From Mobula hypostoma (lineage: Eukaryota): 64,000 bases of DNA. Of the stretch, positions 30,001 to 41,790 are shown in pieces. A program made the position numbers and the translations under genes. How positions within the stretch are numbered: the first letter of the stretch is position 1; every line of letters starts with the position of its first letter. The DNA lies in the NCBI RefSeq assembly GCF_963921235.1, contig NC_086100.1, positions 201,874,001-201,938,000 on the forward strand, given 5' to 3'. The notes below the pieces were generated by a model that was given only the letters and a program-made list of their open reading frames with translations, made no database searches and had not been told where the DNA came from.

Positions 30001-33000
30001 CTCTCATAGAGCGATCCCACCAGCGATCACAAGGCAGTGTCCTCTCTCTCATAGGGCGATCCCACCAGTGATCAAAAGGCAGTGTCCTCTCTCTCATAGA
30101 GCGATCCCACCAGTGATCAAAAGGCAGTGTCCTCTCTCTGATAACAGAGCGATCCCACCAGTGGTCACAAGGCAGTGTCCTCTCTCTCATAGAGCGATCC
30201 CACCAGTGATCAAAAGGCAGTGTCCTCTCTCTTTAATAACAGAGTGATCCCACCAGTGATCAAAAGGCAGTGTCCTCTGTCTCTGATAACAGAGTGATCC
30301 CACCAGTTATCAAAAGTCAGTATCCGCTCTCTCATCGAGCAATCCCACCAGCGATCACAAGGCAGTCCTCTCTCTCATAGAGCAATCCCACCAGTGATCA
30401 AAAGGCAGTGTCCTCTCTCTGATAACCGAGCGATCCCACCAGTGATCACAAGGCAGTGTCCTCTGTCTCATAGAGCGATTCCACCAGTGATCAAAAGACA
30501 TTGTCCTCTCTCTCTCTGATAACAGAGTGATCCCACCAGTGATCAACAGGCAGTGTCCTCTCTCTCATAGAGCAAGCCCACCAGCGATCACAAGGCAGTC
30601 CTCTCTCTCATAGTGCAATCCCACCAGTGATCAAAAGGCAGTGTCCTCTCTCTGATAACAGAGCGATCCCACCAGTGATCAAAAGGCAGTCCTCTTTCTG
30701 ATAACGGAGTGATCCCACCAGTGATCAAAAGGCAGTGTCCTCTCTCTGATAACAGAGCGATCCCACCAGTGATCAAAAGGCAGTGTCCTCTCTCTCATAG
30801 AGCAATCCCACCAGCGATCACAAGGCAGTCCTCTCTCTCATAGAGCAATCCCACCAGTGATCAAAAGGCAGTGTCTTCGCTCTGATAATGGAGTGATCCC
30901 ACCAGTGATCAAAAGGCAGTGTCCTCTCTCTGATAATAGAGCGATCCCAGCAGTGATCAAAAAGCATTGTCCTCTCTCTGATAACAGAGCGATCCCACCA
31001 GTGATCACAAGGCAGTGTCCTCTCTCTCTGATAACAGAGTGATCCCACCAGTGATCAAAAGGCAGTGTCCTCTCTCTCATAGAGCAATCCCACCAGTGAT
31101 CAAAAGGCAGTGTCTTCTCTCTCTGATAACAGAGTGAACCTACCAGTGATCGAAAGGCAGTGTCCTCTCTCTGAGAACAGAGTGATCCCACCAGTGGTCA
31201 CAAGGCAGTGTCCTCTCTCTCACATTGAGCGATCCCACCAGTGATCAGAAGGCAGTGTCCTCTCTCTCTGATAACAGAGTGATCCCACCAGTGATCAAAA
31301 GGCAGTGTCCAGTCTCTCATAGAGCGATCCTACCAGTGATCACAAGGCAGTGTCCTCTCTCTCTGATAACAGAGTGATCCCACCAGTGATCAAAAGGCAG
31401 TGTCCTCTCTCTCTGATAACAGAGTGATCCCACCAGTGATCAAAAGTTAGTGTCCTCTCTCTCATCGAGAGATCCCACCAGTGATCAAAAAGCAGTGTCC
31501 TCTCTCTCATAGAGCAATCCCACCAGCGATCACAAGGCAGTCCTCTCTCTCATAGAGCAATCCCACCAGCGATCACAAGGCAGTCCTCTCTCTCATAGAG
31601 CAATCCCAGCAGTGATCAAAAGGCAGTGTCCTCTCTCTGATAACAGAGCGATCCCACCAGTGATCACAAGGCAGTGTCCTCTCTCTCATAGAGCGATTCC
31701 ACCAGTGATCAAAAGACATTGTCCTCTCTCTCTCTGATAACAGAGTGATCCCACCAGTGATCAAAAGGCAGTGTCCTCTCTCTCATAGAGCAATCCCACC
31801 AGCGATCACAAGGCAGTCCTCTCTCTCATAGAGCAATCCCACCAGTGATCAAAAGGCAGTGTCCTCTCTCTGAGAACAGAGTGATCCCACCAGTGATCAC
31901 AAGGCAGTGTCCTCTCTCTCATAGAGCGATTCCAGCAGTGATCAAAAGACATTGTCCTCTCTCTCTCAACGATAACAGAGTGATCCCACCAGTGATCAAA
32001 AGGCAGTGTCCTCTCTCTCATAGAGCAATCCCACCAGCGATCACAAGGCAGTCCTCTCTCTCATAGAGCAATCCCAACAGTGATCAAAAGGCAGTCCTCT
32101 CTCTGATAACGGAGTGATCCCACCAGTGATCAAAAGGCAGTGTCCTCTCTCTGATAACAGAGCGACCTCACCAGTGATCAAAAGGCAGTGTCCTCTCTCT
32201 CATAGAGCAATCCCACCAGCGATCACAAGGCAGTCCTCTCTGTTATAGAGCAATCCCACCATGATCAAAAGGCAGTGTCCTCGCTTTGATAACGGTGGGA
32301 TCCCACCAGTGATCAAAAGGCAGTGTCCTCTCTCTGATAACAGAGCGATCCCACCAGTGATCAAAAGGCAGTGTCCTCTCTCTCATAGAGCAATCCCACC
32401 AGCGATCACAAGGCAGTCCTCTCTCTCATAGAGCAATCCCACCAGTGATCAAAAGGCAGTGTCCTCGCTCTGATAACGGAGTGATCCCACCAGTGATCAA
32501 AAGGCAGTGTCCTCTCTCTGATAACAGAGCGATCCCACCAGTGATCAAAAGGCTGTGTCCTCTGTCTGCTAACAGAGCGATCCCACCAGTGATCAAAAGG
32601 CAGTGTCCTCTCTCTCATAGAGAAATCCCACCAGTGATCAAAAGGCAGTGTCCTCTCTCTCTGATAACTGAGCGATCCCACCAGTGATCAAAAGGCAGTG
32701 TCCTCTCTCTGATAACAGAGCGATCCCACCAGTGATCACAAGGCAGTGTCCTCTCTCTCATAGGGCGATCCCACCAGTGATCAAAAGGCAGTGTCCTCTC
32801 TCTCATAGAGCGATCCCACCAGTGATCAAACGGCAGTGTCCTCTCTCTCATAGGGCGATCCCACCAGTGATCAAAAGGCAGTGTCCTCTCTCTCATAGAG
32901 CGATCCCACCAGCTATCAAAAGGGAGTGTCCTCTCTCTTTGATAACAGAGTGATCCTACCAGTGATCAAAAGGCAGTGTCCTCTCTCTCTGATAACAGAG

Positions 33001-34288
33001 TGATCCCACCAGTTATCAAAAGGCAGTGTCCTCTCTCTCATAGGGCAATCCCACCAGTGATCAAAAGGCAGTTTCCTCTCTCTGATAACAGAGCGATCCC
33101 ACCAGTGATCACAAGGCAGTGTCCTCTCTCTCATGGAGTGATTCCACCAGTGATCTAAAGACATTGTCCTCTCTCTTTCTGATAACAGAGTGATCCCACC
33201 AGTGATCAAAAGGCAGTGTCCTCTCTCTCATAGAGCAATCCCACCAGCGATCACAAGGCAGTCCTCTCTCTCATAGAGCAATCCCACCAGTGATCAAAAG
33301 GCAGTGTCCTCTCTCTGATAACAGAGCGATCCCACCAGTGATCAAAAGGCTGTCCTCTCTCTGATAACGGAGTGATCCCACCAGTGATCAAAAGGCAGTG
33401 TCCTCTCTCTCATAGAGCAATCCCACCAGCGATCACAAGGCAGTCCTCTCTCTCATAGAGCAATCCCACCAGTGATCAAAAGGCAGTGTCCTCTCTCTCT
33501 GATAACAGAATGATCCTACCAGTGATCGAAAGGCATTGTCCTCTCTCTGAGAACAGAGTGATCCCACTAGTGATCACAAGGCAGTGTCCTCTCTCTCATA
33601 GAGCAATCCCACCAGTGATCAAAAGGCAGTGTCCTCTCTCTGATGACGGAGCGATCCCACCAGTGATCAAAAGGCAGTGTCCTCTCTCTTATAGGGTGAT
33701 CCCACCAGTGATCAAAAGGCAGTGTCCTCTCTCTGATAACATAGTGATCCCACCAGTGATCAAAAGGCAGTGTCCTCTCTCCGATAACAGAGCGATCCCA
33801 CCAGTGATCAAAAGGCAGTGTCCTCTCTGATAACAGAGCGATCCCACCAGTGATCACAAGGCAGTGTCCTCTGTTTCTGATAACAGAGTGATCCCACCAG
33901 TGATCAAAAGGCAGTGTCCTCTCTCTCATAGAGCGATCCCACCAGTGATCAAAAGGCAGTGTCCTCTCTTTGATAATGTAGCGATCCCACCTGTGATCAA
34001 AAGGCAGTGTCGTCTCTCTCTGATAACAGAGTGATCCCACCAGTGATCAAAAGGCTGTGTCCTCTCTCTGATAACAGAGCGATCCCACCAGTGATCAAAA
34101 GGCAGTGTCCTATCTCTGATAGAATGATCCCACCAGTGATCACAAGGCAGTGTCCTCTCTCTCATAGAGCGATCCCACCAGTGATCAAAAGGCAGTGTCC
34201 TCTCTCTCTAACAGAGCGATCCCACCAGTGATCAAAAGGCGGTGTCGTCTCTGATAACAGAGTGATCCCACCAGTGATCAAAAGGCAG
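9020..34288. repeat. Satellite array B, ~43-52-bp monomers (48-bp AAAAGGCAGTGTCCTCTCTCTGATAACAGAGTGATCCCACCAGTGATC and 45-bp ...CTCTCTCTCATAGAGCAATCCCACC variants), roughly 500-550 copies, with higher-order blocks
   Basis: AAAAGG recurs 9061->9109 (48 bp) and AGTGATC 9241->9286 (45 bp). The array ends abruptly at ...GATCAAAAGGCAG 34288. Confidence 0.97.
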
Positions 34289-34659
34289 GCTCTCGCCTTT
34301 GGCACTGGCCTCTATGTTTTGTCCTCCTTCATCTCTTTAATCAGCGGATAATAGAAGCTTTAATCAGTGAAATGGACTTGAACATTGGCTCATAACCCGT
34401 CTTGTAGCCTTCTCGCCACGAAGTTTGTGCACAGTGCCTCTGTCTTCCGGAATCCTCTTGGGGAGTGCAGAGTGCTGAAGCACTCCAAAGTGCAAATCAT
34501 AGGCTCCAACAGTTCCAGAATCACATTCATGAGGAAATAGAAACATACAAGACATAAAAGAAGTGAAATATATGGTTTCATGGTCTATCTAGATGGATTT
34601 ATACATAGTTACCATCTTGACTGGAAGCTCTTTGCTTATGACTCATTGCTTTACTAAAC

Positions 34660-35502
34660 TTAAAGAAAGGTGCTAGCATGGATAGAGGATCGTCTGATTG
34701 GCAGGAGGCAAAGAGGCGGATTCTCGGGGGCTTTTCTGGTTGGCTGCTGGTGTGTCACAGGGGTCTGTGTTGGCACTGATTGTTTTCACGTTGTACGTCA
34801 GCGATTTGGAAATGATGAATTTGTGGCTAGTTTTGTGGACAGTATAGTGAAGGTGCAGGTAGTGTTGAGGAAAAAGGGAGGGAGCCTTAAACAGATTGGG
34901 AGAATGGAATGAAGTGGCAGATGAATTGTTAGGGAAGTATGATCATGCACTTTGGGGGAAAAAATAAAGGCCTGAACTATTTTATAAATGGGGAGAAAAT
35001 TGAGAAATCAGAGGTGCAAAGGGAAATGGGAGTCCTCAGTTGGAGTATTATGAGCTGTTTTGGGCCCCTTATCTATAAAGGATGTGCTGGTATTGAAGGA
35101 GCATTTGAGGTCTGTCTTCGAGTTTAGAAGAATGACTGGGTATCTCATTGAAACCTATTGAATTTTGAAAGTCCTCAGTGGAGTGGATGTGGAGAAGATG
35201 TTTCACACAGTGGGGGAATCTTAGACCAGAAGGGACAACCTCAGAATAGAGGTGTGTCCATTTAGAACAAAGATGAGGAAAAATTGGTGAATCAGTGGAA
35301 TTCGTTGCCAGGGGTGTCTGTGGAGGCCAAATCATTGGGTATGTTTAAGGCGGAGGCTAGTAGGTTCTTGATTAGTCAGGGTGTCGAAGGTTACCAGGAG
35401 AAAGCAGGAGAGTGGCGTTGATAGAGTTAATAACTCAGCCATAACAGAATAGCAGAGAAGACTCGATGGGCTGAATGGCAGAATTCTGCTGCTATGTCTT
35501 AT
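34660..35502 (+). mobile_element. Decayed 5'-truncated CR1 LINE (RT C-terminal part and 3' UTR)
   Basis: Fragments WIEDRLIGRRQR and MHFGGKNK..YFINGEKI..EVQRE; 3' UTR GATGGGCTGAATGG..TCTGCTGCTATGTCTTAT resembles the other CR1 tails in the window. Confidence 0.8.
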
Positions 35503-35643
35503 AAATAAGTAGCATCACAACAAAAACATACAGATTTTCTGCAAGACAATACAATTAGGACTAAAAGCAGTCATGGTGTGTTGAACTATACTGACCAGGC
35601 TGTGCCCATTGTTTCAAGTAGGGAATGGTTGAAGGGAGGTAGC

Positions 35644-35705
35644 TATGGTCAGCAGGGACAGATTGGGCCGAAGGGCCTGTATCTGTGCTGTATTGCTGTA
35701 TGTCG
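35644..35705 (+). mobile_element. Short CR1/CR1-SINE 3' tail fragment
   Basis: TGGGCCGAAGGGCCTGTATCTGTGCTGTA matches the tail type at 48377-48400 and, reversed, at 41480-41510. Confidence 0.6.
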
Positions 35706-36234
35706 CTGTCTCACTGTTTTGGTTGCCTCGTGGTAGTAGAAGCAATCCCGAGAATCTGGCCTTTGAGGTTCGGTTCTGTTCTTTAAACAGCTACCGAGCT
35801 CCCGAAACTCATGGAGGAAGACCTCATTGATCCGCCAACCCAAGTAGTTGAGTTTGTGGAGTCTGGAGCCAGTGGGGGCGGAGGGGGGCGATTTCTGTGT
35901 TGGTGTTCACAGGCTCTGGGCTGTGTTTGGGGATCTGGGTGTGATAGGAATGTTCTGGTGTTCAGGGTTGGGGTTGACGGTGTGTGTACAGCACTGATGA
36001 TGTCTATTGATACTCACAGATACAGGTACTCATTGGTAAACATGGGACTGATGTGTAGTAGTACTGATGGGGATAGGAACAATTGACATGGGATATTTCT
36101 GACAGTGTGTTCGTACTGATGGGGTCATGCAGGACAAATGGTCTACATTGGTACTGATGGGGTTATGCAGGACTGATGTATGACTGATCTCACTGCTTAT
36201 GTTGGTACCAGCAGGACATGCGAGACTGACGGGT

Positions 36235-36692
36235 CACCCATAACTGACAGTGTGTGTTTTACTGACGGAGACACCCATAACTGACAGTGTGTGTTTTACT
36301 GATAATAACACCCATAACTGACAGTGTGTGTTTTACTGCTGGAGACACCCATAACTGACAGTGTGTGCTTTACTGATAATAACACCTATAACTGACCGTG
36401 TGTGTTTTACTGCTGGAGACACCCATAACTGACAGTGTGTGCTTTACTGATAATAACACCCATAACTGACGGTGTGTGTTTTACTGCTGGAGACACCCAT
36501 AACTGACAGTGTGTGTTTTACTGATAATAACACCCATAACTGACGGTGTGTGTTTTACTGCTGGAGACACCCATAACTGACAGTGTGTGTTTTACTGACA
36601 ATAACACCCATAACTGACGGTGTGTGTTTTACTGACAATAACACCCATAACTGACGGTGTGTGTTTTACTGCCGGAGACACCCAAAACTGAC
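36235..36692. repeat. 37-bp minisatellite (ACACCCATAACTGACAGTGTGTGTTTTACTG + ATAATA or CTGGAG), about 12 copies, alternating two variants
   Basis: ACACCC at 36271 and 36308; more degenerate ACTGA(T/C)GG copies flank it on both sides. Confidence 0.93.
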
Positions 36693-36911
36693 GGGTGCAC
36701 GTGGGACTGTCATGTGTGTTTGATTGCAACACGGGACTGACACTGCGTTTGACCGACACGGGACTGACGGCTGCACAAGTGATTGCAGTGTGCGTTTGAT
36801 GGGGCTTGCGGGATGGGTTGGTGCACGGGGACTGACACTGTGAGTTTGACTGATGGGGAATGTGGCACTGAATGTACACCTCACTGATGCGCCATGCCGT
36901 GCTGTGCACAG

Positions 36912-37116
36912 GAGGCGAAGGAGGCTCTGGAGGCTCGGGACCACTACATGGAGGAGATGGCAGACACAGCGGATGCCATTGAGATGGCGACGCTGGACAA
37001 GGAGATGGCGGAGGAGCGGGCGGAGTCCCTGCAGCAGGAAGTGGACGGGCTGAAGGAGCGGGTGGATGAGCTCAGCACCGACCTGGAGATCCTCAAGCAC
37101 GAGATCGAGGAAAAGG
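36912..37116 (+). CDS. DCTN1: Dynactin subunit 1 (p150Glued) internal exon, 205 nt: [44 protein letters not shown]...ILKHEIEEK(G)
   Basis: Peptide recognised as p150Glued coiled-coil 1 ([18 protein letters not shown]). Acceptor CACAG|GAG, donor AAGG|GTAGG, phase 0 to 1. Confidence 0.96.
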
Positions 37117-37276
37117 GTAGGGGTGCTGAGTGTCATGCTGCTGGAGGCTTCCTCCCACTGCGGGATCTGCGACCCACTGCGCAGCGCGTTATCGTCCCAA
37201 CCCATCCCAACCTCGCCAATGAGCATGTGACCCCCTCACCCCATGAGATTTGTGTGTGGGGGAGCTGAGGTATCGT

Positions 37277-38720
37277 GTGTGGGGTTGTGGAATGGAGTAC
37301 CCTGAGGGTGGGTAATGTCCGAAATGTGGGGGTGTGGAATGGAGTACCCTGGGGTGGGTAATGTCTGGAATGAGAGGAGTGTCGAATGGGTGGGGGTGTG
37401 GAATGGAGTACCCTGAGGGTGGGTAATGTCCGAAATGTGGGGGTGTGGAATGGAGTACCCTGGGGGTGGGTAATGTCCGAAATGTGGGAAGTGTGGAATG
37501 GAATACCCTGAGGGTGGGTAATGTCTGAAATGTGGGGGTGTGGAATGGAGTACCCTGGGGGTGGGTAATGTCCGAAATGTGGGAAGTGTGGAATGGAATA
37601 CCCTGAGGGTGGGTAATGTCCGAAATGTGGGGGTGTGGAATGGAGTACCCTGGGGTGGGTAATGTCCGGAATGTGGGGAGTGTGGAATGGGTGGGGGGTG
37701 TGGAATGGAATCCCCTGGGGGTAGGTAATGTCCGGAATGTGGGAAGTGTGGAATGGAATACCCTGGGGGTGGGTAATGTCTGGAATGAGAGGAGTGTCGA
37801 ATGGGTGGGGGTGTGGAATGGAGTACCCTGGGGGTGGGTAATGTCCGGAATGTGGGGAGTGTGGAATGGGTGGGGGTGTGGAATGGAGTACCCTGGGGGT
37901 GGGTAATGTCCGGAATGTGGGGAGTGTGGAATGGGTGGGGGGTGTGGAATGGAATACCCTGGGGGTAGGTAATGTCCGGAATGTGGGGAGTGTCGAATGG
38001 GTGGGGGTGTGGAATGGAGTACCCTGGGGATGGGTAATGTCTGGAATGAGAAGAGTGTGGAATGGGTGGGGGTGTGGAATGGAGTACCCTGGGGGTGGGT
38101 AATGTCCGGAATGAGAAGAGTGTGGAATGGGTGGGGGTGTGGAATGGAGTACCCTGGGGGTGGGTAATGTCCGGAATGTGGGGAGTGTGGAATGGGTGGG
38201 GGTGTGGAATGGAGTACCCTGGGGATGGGTAATGTCTGGAATGAGAAGAGTGTGGAATGGGTGGGGGTGTGGAATGGAGTACCCTGGGGGTGGGTAATGT
38301 CCGGAATGTGGGGAGTGTGGAATGGGTGGGGGTGTGGAATGGAGTACCCTGGGGGTGGGTAATGTCCGGAATGTGGGGAGTGTGGAATGGAGTACCCTGG
38401 GGGTGGGTAATGTCCGGAATGTGGGGAGTGTGGAATGGGTGGGGTGTGTGGAATGGAATACCCTGGGGGTAGGTAATGTCCGGAATGTGGGGAGTGTCGA
38501 ATGGGTGGGGGTGTGGAATGGAGTACCCTGGGGATGGGTAATGTCTGGAATGAGAGGAGTGTCGAATGGGTGGGGGTGTGGAAATGAGTTCCCTGGGGGT
38601 GGGTAATGTCCGGAATGTGGGGAGTGTCGAATGGGTGGGGAGTGTGGAATGGAGTACCCTGGGGGTGGGTAATGTCTTGAATGTGAGGAGAGTTGATAGG
38701 GTGGGGGGTGTGGATTGGGA
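37277..38720. repeat. G-rich minisatellite, ~48/65-bp units (GTGGAATGGAGTACCCTGGGGGTGGGTAATGTCCGGAATGTGGGGAGT...)
   Basis: AATGT recurs 38101->38166; each unit has several GGAAT motifs and G-tracts. Confidence 0.93.
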
Positions 38721-38784
38721 TGTTTAAATGGTTAGGATGGATTAAATGGGCTGACTGGTCTGCAATTTTTTAATGACCTTTAAG

Positions 38785-39030
38785 TTACCAGGAGAATTGA
38801 TGAAGGCAAGGCAGTGAATCTTTGTCTTCGGAGACTTTAGCAAGGCCTTTGACAAGTTCCTGCTTGGGAGATTGGTCAAGAAAGTTCAATCGCTTGGTAT
38901 TTGGTTTAGGACAGTAAATTGGATTAGATATTAGCTTCCTGGGAGAAGCCAGGCAGTAGAAGGTTGCCTGTCTGACTGGAGGCCTGCGACCAGTGGTGTG
39001 CCACAGGGATCTGTGCTGGGTCCATTGTTT
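38785..39030 (+). mobile_element. CR1 RT fragment
   Basis: Reads DFSKAFDK..., then [18 protein letters not shown]. Confidence 0.8.
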
Positions 39031-39930
39031 CCCAGTACTTGCAGTCCCGGACGACTTCCACATCTGTTCCCGTGATGGAGATGGGAATGCAGGGTGTTTT
39101 CACCTTCCTAAAGTCCACCATCAGCTCCTTTGCCATAGTGATGTTGAGCTGCAGGTGATCCAGCTGACACCACTCTACAGTTGTTCACCACTCGCCTGTA
39201 CTCAGCCTCTGGACCCCGGCTTTTACAGCCGACAATTGTGAGTCATCCAATAACCCCTGCAGGTCGCAGGACTCCCAGTTGTATCTGAAGTCTGAGGTGT
39301 AGATAGTGACAGGAACAGGGACAGCACAGTCCCCTGGGCTGCTAACCCCAGTATCTGATACACAGCTCTGCAATCTCTCATACTGTGGCTGTCTGACCAG
39401 GTAGTCTGTAATCCAGGATGCCACAGGAACATCCACCTGCATCTCTGTGAGCTTATTCCCGAGTAAAGCAGGTCATATGGTGCTTAAAGCAGTGGAGGAA
39501 TCAAAGAACATGATTTTCGCAGTGCTGCCTGGTTCATCCAGATGGGTGTCAGCTCGTAGAAGCAGGGAGATAATGGCATCCTCAACTCCAGTAGGTGGTT
39601 GGTAAGTAAACCGCAGGGCATCCTGTGATGGATTTACGATAATCCGGAGATGTGTCAGGGCTAGTCTTTCTGATGATTTCATAACATGTGAGGACAGTGC
39701 TACTGGTCTGTAGTCACTGGGTGTGGTGGGACATGTCTTCTTGGGTCGTGGAACTAGGCAGGATGCTTTGCACAGAACAGGGACCCTGTGCAAGCTCAGG
39801 CTCAAATTAAAGATGTGTTGAAAGACTGCACATACCTTGAGTACTCTTGGGCTGATGCTGTCCAGGCCCATAGCCTAGCCTAGGTGAAGTCTGCTGAACT
39901 CTCTTGTTACGCGCTCAGCAGTGACAGCTC
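39031..39930 (-). mobile_element. Decayed Rex1/Babar-type non-LTR retrotransposon RT
   Basis: ORF pieces ISPRVLKVCA..FQHIFNLSL..DYRPVALSSHVMKSSERL..GVEDAIISLL..IMFFD, WITDYL..PQY, IYTSDFRYN and KELMVDFRK..CKY are Rex1/Babar-style motifs (clade call from recall). Confidence 0.8.
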
Positions 39931-39979
39931 ATGTGTCTGTGGTCATGGGCTCTCCAGTGTCCTTGAAAAGAGACGGAGG

Positions 39980-41467
39980 GTAAGGGTTGAGAGGGGAAAG
40001 ACTGGGGTGGATGGACTGTAGAGGGGAGAGACTGGGGTGGATGGGTTGAGACAGGAGAAGCTGGGGTGGATGGGTTGAGAGGGGAGAGACTGGGGTGGTT
40101 GGGTTGAGAGGGGAGAGACTGGGGTGGATGGGTTGAGAGGGGAGAGTCTGGCGTGGATGGGTTGAGACAGGAGAAGCTGGGGTGGATGGGTTGTAGAGGG
40201 GAGAGACTGGGGTGGTTGGGTTGTAGAGGGGAGAGACTGGGGTGGATGGGTTGAGAGGGGAGAGACTGGCGTGGATGGGTTGAGAGGGGAGAGACGGGTG
40301 GATGGGTTGAGAGGGGAGAGACTGAGGTGGATGGGTTGTAGAGGGGAGAGACTAGGGTGGATGGGTTGAGAGGGGAGAGACTGGGGTGGATGGGTTGAGA
40401 CGGGAGAAGCTGGGGTGGATGGGTTGAGAGGGGAGAGACGGGTGGATGGGTTGAGAGGGGAGAGACTGGGGTGGATGGGTTGAGACAGGAGAAGCTGGGG
40501 TGGATGGGTTGTAGAGGGGAGAGACTGGGGTGGATGGGTTGTAGAGGGGAGAGACTGGGGTGGATGGGTTGTAGAGGGGAGAGACTAGGGTGGATGGGTT
40601 GAGAGGGGAGAGACTGGGGTGGATGGGTTGTAGAGGGGAGAGACTGGGGTGGATGGGTTGTAGAGGGGAGAGACTAGGGTGGATGGGTTGAGAGGGGAGA
40701 GACTGGGGTGGATGGGTTGTAGAGGGGAGAGACTAGGGTGGATGGACTGTAGAGGGGAGAGACTAGGGTGGATGGGTTGAGAGGGGAGAGACTGGGGTGG
40801 ATGGGTTGAGAGGGGAGAGACTGGGGTGGATGGGTTGAGAGGGGAGAGACTGGGGTGGATGGGTTGTAGAGGGGAGAGACTAGGGTGGATGGACTGTAGA
40901 GGGGAGAGACTAGGGTGGATGGGTTGAGAGGGGAGAGACTGGGGTGGATGGGTTGAGAGGGGAGAGACTGGGGTGGATGGACTGTAGAGGGGAGAGACTG
41001 GGGTGGATGGGTTGAGAGGGGAGAGACTGGGGTGGATGGGTTGAGAGGGGAGAGACTGGGGTGGATGGGTTGAGAGGGGAGAGACTGGGGTGGATGGGTT
41101 GAGAGGGGAGAGACTGGGGTGGATGGACTGTAGAGGGGAGAGACTGGGGTGGATGGGTTGAGAGGGGAGAGACTGGGGTGGATGGGTTGAGAGGGGAGAG
41201 ACTGGGGTGGATGGACTGTAGAGGGGAGAGACTGGGGTGGATGGGTTGAGAGGGGAGAGACTGGGGTGGATGGGTTGAGAGGGGAGAGACTGGGGTGGAT
41301 GGACTGTAGAGGGGAGAGACTGGGGTGGATGGACTGTAGAGGGGAGAGACTGGGGTGGATGGGTTGAGAGGGGAGAGACTGGGGTGGATGGGTTGAGACG
41401 GGAGAGACTGGGGTGGATGGGTTGAGAGGGGAGAGACTGGGGTGGATGGGTTGAGACGGGAGAAGCT
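39980..41467. repeat. 29/30-bp purine-rich minisatellite (GAGAGGGGAGAGACTGGGGTGGATGGGTT), about 50 copies
   Basis: Direct reading; three G>=3 tracts per unit. Confidence 0.95.
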
Positions 41468-41470
41468 GTA

Positions 41471-41790
41471 CATAGAATAGTAGAGCACAGTACAGGCCCT
41501 TCGGCCCACAATGTTGTGCTGACCCTTAAACTCTGCATCCCATATAACCCCCCACCTTAAATTCCTCCATATACCTGTCCTGTAGTCTCTTAAACTTCAC
41601 TAGGGTATCTGCCTCCACCACTGACTCAGGCAGTGCATTCCACGCACCAACCACTCTCTGAGTAAAAAACCTTCCTCTAATATCCCCCTTGAACTTCCCA
41701 CCCCTTACCTTAAAGCCATGTCCTCTTGTACTGAGCAGTGGTGCCCTGGGGAAGAGGCGCTGGCTATCCACTCTATCTATTCCTCTTAAC
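41471..41790 (-). mobile_element. CR1 3' end (ORF2 C-terminus and tail)
   Basis: ORF 41526..41771 DSQRLFPR..TRGHGFKVRG..FFTQRVVGAWNALP; tail GTACAGGCCCTTCGGCCCA on the + strand. Confidence 0.9.

Noticed and set aside
9020..34288. CRISPR array or repeated peptide-precursor genes (RERTLPFDHWWD)
   Set aside because: There are no unique spacers, only a few recurring variants; no cas genes; vertebrate context; monomer lengths are often not multiples of 3.
37277..38720. Homology to human satellite II/III (GGAAT)n
   Set aside because: GGAAT is embedded in 48/65-bp units and is not a pentamer array; the similarity is probably coincidental.
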